From positions 544,001 to 608,000 of the forward strand of contig OZ241875.1 in assembly GCA_965203325.1 (NCBI GenBank): DNA of 64,000 nt. The letters run 5' to 3'. The stretch comes from a bacterium (GTDB lineage Bacteria; UBA8248). This document shows positions 60,201 to 64,000 of this stretch, piece by piece. Position numbers and translations under genes: made by a program. The notes under the pieces are model-generated. The model searched no databases. It saw only the letters and a program-made list of their open reading frames with translations, and was not told the DNA's origin. Each line of letters begins with the position of its first letter. Positions within the stretch are counted from its first letter, which is position 1.

Positions 60201-60542
60201 ATTGACAAATCTGACGACCGCTTCGACAGCCCATGGGAAAAGCGGCTTTATGAGATGTTGGTCAAACGCGGCATAAACCCGATTCCACAACACCCAGTGG
60301 GAGGTCGCTTCCTCGATCTGGCTGTGGTCGACGAAACACGCCAACCGCCTTTGCGCTTGGATATTGAGGTGGATGGTTTTGTCCATCACACTGATGTCGA
60401 TGGTAACCGCCTCGCGACAGATCTGTGGAGAGATCATCAGTTGCGGGGGCTTGGTTGGAAAATCTTGCGATTCTGGGTCTACGAGTTGCGGGACGATATG
60501 GAGGGGTGTCTTGAGCGAGTCGACCGAATCATCAAAGGGTAA
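57252..60542 (+). CDS. Superfamily 1 (UPF1/DNA2-like) helicase with N-terminal wHTH-like and C-terminal Vsr/DUF559-like nuclease domains
   Basis: GPPGTGKS, VFDEA, VGDPMQL, LNEHYRC, FQGDERD, RLLNVAVSRAR; C-terminal DSPWE...Q..VG...LD.A...IEVDG..H...RD..L...GW.ILRFW. Confidence 0.9.
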   Translation: MANLSSLFQDTILRVLETAPRGLTVERIRSQLAKAGTAIGKDEIVRTLAQMNERQLVQISPTRRWHVRQRSTRTDKTGHPVSIRPDEHLVAIPCQSIAGEEAMAEPEMPAGKIEPSLDLLRQLLPYYQEALRASDSGSPQAFANQYGESFVLLEPDKPWWPTIERGRTLIVPLPHLPQGLRSLLAKQHSRHLLLGYPLHMVAPRNSESDVFIRPVSVFRCRYEQTDTHLRMSVPVVRPTIVRDWLRDQVKYSGWNASRLLSWLLIEDETAGIQTEDDTEALDFLEIPTFAARLESAAGKAGHQRLVPGAVASRVPRMSTTGFYNGLALFPENIGNYVRSAITDYERLCQETEERLGGSSIGAFLGASRSVSPVPPILHPFPLGETQLLATRAALSQSLTVITGPPGTGKSQVIAAIMLSAAAAGRSVLLAARQHRAIDAVQERLEALTEDRVLLVRANESEGFGKFTFPDGLRALQTRASDPNAAQRFERRFTDIAETDSARWELLEKWRSLKSMSEEEAALLVELDKLSSDREKLLDPGAHAASPTGLSRLFSRILHALARFLHLPASGNVLMGKAFRQAQFDHEEARLRLALRNVEERIRGLRSKLEEREDTPVSLGAKVEKLSAEAIEFLLDRLDAVSQEDRQALTTIAGDAGIMGQRGVDTDAHRLILKYMPLWGVTTLAAGNRIPLEAGLFDYVVFDEAGVTDIGSALPLLFRAKAAVIVGDPMQLGMICNLDPREERLMLSRHDLLRPGIGRFAQGQTDLFQLATSAIQGSPFLLNEHYRCHPDIAAYFNEAFYGRRLTALTDTDKLRVPNGFKPGLHWTDVKGAVSTGRNIGMQGSAYSNAEAEAVVEKLDELLGINFEGTVGIVTFFAPQARRINELVIRKIGSDRLNQLNVKVFTANKFQGDERDVMLMSLCLAPDMPSGARNFLMREKRLLNVAVSRARAVCNIFGNKEYAATCGIPHIETLVSRVNAAATAHIDKSDDRFDSPWEKRLYEMLVKRGINPIPQHPVGGRFLDLAVVDETRQPPLRLDIEVDGFVHHTDVDGNRLATDLWRDHQLRGLGWKILRFWVYELRDDMEGCLERVDRIIKG

Positions 60543-62409
60543 GACTTCAGCACATACCGGATTGGCCGTCCAGCCAAAGAAGGCCCGTCCGACTCTGCTG
60601 CCAATCGGAATTATGGCACTGATCGGTTTGTGTGCCGTTGCATGGCTTACTCTCGCCGTTACTGAAAACTTAATCAGCCGCACAACCAAAAAGGCTGAGA
60701 TCGAAGTGCTGTCGAAGAGACTGGGAGCATTACGAAACTCTTTGAGAGATATCGAGAGCGAAGTAGAAACAAATTTGGCCAACCGAACTGTATTGCAGCA
60801 GGCTGTGGACGGGCTGACTGTCCGGAAAGAAGCTTTGTCCCGTTTCGTCCAAGAGGCACAGGCTGTCATCGACAGAGCTGAAGCGAAAAGACTTGAACAC
60901 GAGGAGCTTACCCGCGAGATAACCAAGATGAGTCGAAGTTTGAACGAGGCGAAAAAGAGTCGTAAAGAAATCGACAACCAAATAGCTTCCCAACAGCAAC
61001 GCGCAGACGACCTCAAAGTAGCGAACGAAGGCGAGGCCGATCGTCTTCAAACCATGCGCAACGATCTCAAGAGCCTGCGCAGCGAACACAACCGGACGGA
61101 AGCGGAGACGCGGGAAGCCCAACGCGGAGTGGCCGGGTTACAAGCGCGGCTCGAGGAAAAGCGGCAGCAACTAAGTATTGTGTCGAAGCAACATAACAGT
61201 GGCAGAAGGGAGCTTGGGGCACTCGAAGCGAAAATAGATGATGCGCGCACAGAGGTGCAAGCAGCCAATCGAGACGCGGGTCGTGAAAAAGCGGCGTTGG
61301 AGACTGTCCGGCACAAGCGAGAAACGCTGGCTGGTGAGGTCGCACAACTCGACTCCAAGAAATCTACTTTGAAACAAGAGATCGCAGGACTGGAACAGGA
61401 CCGGCACGACATTGCTCAGGCACGTACGAATCTCACCAAACTTCGAGCAAAGCTGGACTCTACCCAGGATCAACTACAACTTCTCCAACCGCGTATCGAA
61501 GCACTACGAGTCAAAGAGCGAATATTATCGAGCCGTATCCGCGACCTCAGTGCCCAACAAGATCGTCTAGAGAAAGTTCGTCAAAGAGTCTCTCAGGCAG
61601 AACAGGGACTGGCAAATTTAAAGGGGCAACGGGACCGCTTGGCTGCAGAGGCCAACGTCAGCCAAGGCAGGTTGAGGGGGTTGCTAGAGGACGAGGCAGA
61701 ACTCAAAGCACGAATCGCTACGTTGGAGGCCAAGCGGGATAACATCTCCAAGAAAGCTGCCGATCTGGGAAAACTACGAGCTGAATGGGACCGTTTGGCT
61801 GCGGCGACAAGTGCTGCACAGGGCAGGTTGAGGGGGTTACTAGAGGACGAGGCAGAACTCAAGGCACGAATCGCTACGTTGGAGGTCAAGCGGGATAACA
61901 CCTCCAAGAAAGCTGCCGATCTGGGAAAACTACGAGCTGAATGGGACCGTTTGGTTGCGGCGACAAGTGCTGCACAGGGCAGGTTGAGGGGGTTGTTGGA
62001 AGATGAAGCAGTACACAAAGCACGAATCGCTACGTTGGAGGCCAAGCGGGATAACACCTCCAAGAAAACTGCCGATCTGGGAAAACTACGAGCTGAATGG
62101 GACCGTTTGGTTGCGGCGACAAGTGCTGCACAGGGCAGGTTGAGGGGGCTGTTGGAAGATGAAGCGGTACACAAAGCACGAATTTCCAAGCTGGAACCAA
62201 AACGGGATGCTCTCGCAAAGCAAATTAGTGATCTTGAAACTCAACGAGATAGCTTTGCCGCAAAGGTCAATGTAGAACAAAGACAATTGGATAATTTACG
62301 TACAAAGGAAGCGAAGCTCAAGGAACAAATCGTCACATTGGAAAAACGCCATACCGATCTCAACAAGAAGAAACCGCCAGTCGTGCCTGGCGAAGCGCAA
62401 CAGAGGTAA
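60511..62409 (+). CDS. Membrane-anchored long coiled-coil protein with 52-aa tandem repeats
   Basis: TTG 60511 with GGAGG RBS overlapping the helicase end; hydrophobic helix LLPIGIMALIGLCAVAWLTLAV, then ~570 aa of heptad-rich sequence. Confidence 0.8.
   Translation: MSESTESSKGKTSAHTGLAVQPKKARPTLLPIGIMALIGLCAVAWLTLAVTENLISRTTKKAEIEVLSKRLGALRNSLRDIESEVETNLANRTVLQQAVDGLTVRKEALSRFVQEAQAVIDRAEAKRLEHEELTREITKMSRSLNEAKKSRKEIDNQIASQQQRADDLKVANEGEADRLQTMRNDLKSLRSEHNRTEAETREAQRGVAGLQARLEEKRQQLSIVSKQHNSGRRELGALEAKIDDARTEVQAANRDAGREKAALETVRHKRETLAGEVAQLDSKKSTLKQEIAGLEQDRHDIAQARTNLTKLRAKLDSTQDQLQLLQPRIEALRVKERILSSRIRDLSAQQDRLEKVRQRVSQAEQGLANLKGQRDRLAAEANVSQGRLRGLLEDEAELKARIATLEAKRDNISKKAADLGKLRAEWDRLAAATSAAQGRLRGLLEDEAELKARIATLEVKRDNTSKKAADLGKLRAEWDRLVAATSAAQGRLRGLLEDEAVHKARIATLEAKRDNTSKKTADLGKLRAEWDRLVAATSAAQGRLRGLLEDEAVHKARISKLEPKRDALAKQISDLETQRDSFAAKVNVEQRQLDNLRTKEAKLKEQIVTLEKRHTDLNKKKPPVVPGEAQQR
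61631..62210 (+). repeat. 156-bp in-frame tandem repeat (~3.7 units)
   Basis: CARGGCAGGTTGAGGGGG recurs at 61663, 61819, 61975 and 62131. Confidence 0.95.
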
Positions 62410-62438
62410 CGGCAATTTAAGACTTGAGAGGAATAGCG

Positions 62439-64000
62439 ATGAATTGGTTTCTTGATCCCGAGGTGATTTCGCTCTTAATCGCAATCCTAGCTATTGTTAG
62501 CGTCCTTGGGCTAGCTTTCGCTTATGGCGTGCGCTACCGCCTCGCTTGGGCGCAGTTGCCGGCCGCGGCCCGCGACGCTGAATTAGCAACCCTGATCATG
62601 CAGCGAGAGACAGAACTATTGGATAAGGAGCAGAGGTTAGAGCGGCTCGACGAGCAGATCCACGATCACGAGAGCAAACTTTTGGAACGTGACCAACTAG
62701 AAGCGGAGGCGGAATACTGGAAATCCCAGATCGAGGCCTTGAAGGCTGAATACGCCGGACTCGACTCGTTGCGCTCTGAAATCGAAGAGGTTCGTGAACG
62801 CTACCGGCAGGAGATCGAGAATTTGGCTGACGCTGAAAGACAAGCTCGCGAAGCCAAGGGTGAATCAGAGGATGCGCGCATGCGCGTGGTCGAAGCGGAA
62901 CGCCGACTAGCCCAGATTGCCGACGAAGACAGCCGCCTGCGTGAAGCTCAGAATGATTTGGTTAAGGCGATGGACGAAACGGAAGCCAAACTCACCATCA
63001 TAAAGGCCGAGTACGCCACGGAGCAGGATGCGCTGGAGCGCGCCCAAGACCGGGTCGCCAAGCTCGATCGTGAAGCAACATCGCTTGAAGCTCGGCAGAG
63101 AGAGTTACGTGATGAACTCCGCCAAGACGAGAACCGGCTGGAATCCGTCAAGGCCGAACTGCAGGCGTTAACGCCGCAACGCCAAGAGTTGACCGAAGTC
63201 CAAGATTCCATTGAAATCGCTGAGCGGGAATTGAAGGATAAGCGTGAAACTTTGTTTCGTCTGGAATCTGAGGAGGCATGGCTGAACGCCCAAATTGTCC
63301 GCAAACGGGATGAAGCAAGTGACAGTGAAGGACCAGACACCTTACTTGATGATCTCCTCAGACCGCCAGCTTGTTTGGCAACCAGAGACGATGACGGGAC
63401 TGACACAGTAGTTCTGGCGAACCAACAATCCCAGGAAACGGAACTGGAAGCACTGCGAAGGGTTCGCGGACATCTGGAGGAAAGCGGAATTTTCTTCAGC
63501 GAGCGTGTGATCAATGCGTTCCACACCAGTCTGAAGACCGCGGTCGTCTCGCCACTCACTGTGCTGGCTGGTGTCAGCGGAACAGGCAAGAGTCAATTGC
63601 CGCGCTTCTACGCCGATGCGATAGGCATGCATTTCCTTAAGATTCCGGTTCAGCCGCGCTGGGATGCTCCACAGGATTTATTTGGCTTCTATAACTATAT
63701 TGAGCAGCGCTACAAGGCGACAGACCTTTCGCGAGCGTTGGTTCATATGGACTCCCACAATTGGCCTAAGGAAGCGGAGAGATTCACTGACCGCGTGCTC
63801 CTCGTCCTCTTGGACGAGATGAATCTAGCTCGAGTTGAGTACTACTTCTCCGAATTTCTAAGCCGCTTGGAGGGCCGCCCGCTCGATGGCGATGCTAGCA
63901 ATCACGATATCCGCCGCCCGTCTGAAATCGAGATCGATGTCAGTCAAAAAGGCCAGACAAAACGGGTTTATGCCGGCCAAAACATTCTCTTCGTTGGGAC
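62439..64000 (+). CDS. TM + coiled-coil + McrB-like AAA+ GTPase (partial, runs off window; not in ORF track)
   Basis: Manual translation from ATG 62439 (GAGAGGA RBS), no stop to the window end: MNWFLDPEVISLLIAILAIVSVLGLAFAY, ~250-aa coiled coil, GVSGTGKS (63570), VQPRWD..QDLFGFYN, LLDEMNLARVEYYFSEFLS, NILFVG. Confidence 0.88.
   Translation, partial: MNWFLDPEVISLLIAILAIVSVLGLAFAYGVRYRLAWAQLPAAARDAELATLIMQRETELLDKEQRLERLDEQIHDHESKLLERDQLEAEAEYWKSQIEALKAEYAGLDSLRSEIEEVRERYRQEIENLADAERQAREAKGESEDARMRVVEAERRLAQIADEDSRLREAQNDLVKAMDETEAKLTIIKAEYATEQDALERAQDRVAKLDREATSLEARQRELRDELRQDENRLESVKAELQALTPQRQELTEVQDSIEIAERELKDKRETLFRLESEEAWLNAQIVRKRDEASDSEGPDTLLDDLLRPPACLATRDDDGTDTVVLANQQSQETELEALRRVRGHLEESGIFFSERVINAFHTSLKTAVVSPLTVLAGVSGTGKSQLPRFYADAIGMHFLKIPVQPRWDAPQDLFGFYNYIEQRYKATDLSRALVHMDSHNWPKEAERFTDRVLLVLLDEMNLARVEYYFSEFLSRLEGRPLDGDASNHDIRRPSEIEIDVSQKGQTKRVYAGQNILFVG

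Larger units (their letters stand above)
44472..64000. mobile_element. Genomic island integrated at tRNA-Leu (P4-like integrase, AlpA, primase-helicase, defence cargo); right end not in window
   Basis: Integrase directly downstream of the tRNA 3' end, abrupt drop in GC, no housekeeping genes afterwards; no second copy of the tRNA 3' end seen. Confidence 0.8.

Noticed and set aside
60364..60510. ORF-track start for the coiled-coil protein
   Set aside because: It overlaps the helicase nuclease domain by ~180 bp; TTG 60511 with a GGAGG RBS is more plausible.
61631..62210. CRISPR array (also considered for 25667-25729 and the REP-like elements)
   Set aside because: Repeats are contiguous, in frame and lack unique spacers; no cas genes seen.
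44472..64000. Complete prophage, or a right att site within the window
   Set aside because: No structural, packaging or lysis genes and no repeat of the tRNA 3' end found by eye.

Overview
High-GC bacterial chromosome segment in which housekeeping blocks alternate with accessory defence and mobile DNA. Core-like blocks: an amidohydrolase; EamA transporter, pentaheme cytochrome, yajD, aroA, tenA and tag (5.8-10.7 kb); cvpA, rimI and assorted hydrolases/oxidoreductases (19.6-36 kb); gap-pgk-tpiA-secG plus a peptide ABC transporter ending at tRNA-Leu(GAG) (36.3-44.5 kb). Accessory blocks: a DUF262 + DUF3696-type ATPase + PIN locus resembling Menshen (1.5-5.4 kb); a toxin-antitoxin/nuclease hotspot bounded by one decayed and one intact copy of the same AbrB-PIN module (11.3-19.5 kb); two apparently identical IS256 copies, each with its own 9-bp target duplication; and a family of MITE/REP-like palindromic elements sharing terminal inverted repeats. 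An island integrated at tRNA-Leu runs from 44.5 kb off the right edge. It carries a P4-like integrase, AlpA, a primase-helicase, relics of a conjugative element, TA modules, three nuclease-like genes, a ~570-bp palindrome formed by two paralogous gene starts fused tail-to-tail, and a large operon: SF1 helicase-Vsr nuclease, a membrane-anchored coiled coil with 156-bp tandem repeats, and a membrane-anchored coiled-coil McrB-like GTPase missing from the ORF track. That operon resembles a membrane-tethered relative of CoCoNuT-type McrBC systems. All family assignments come from motif recognition by eye; no database searches were run.
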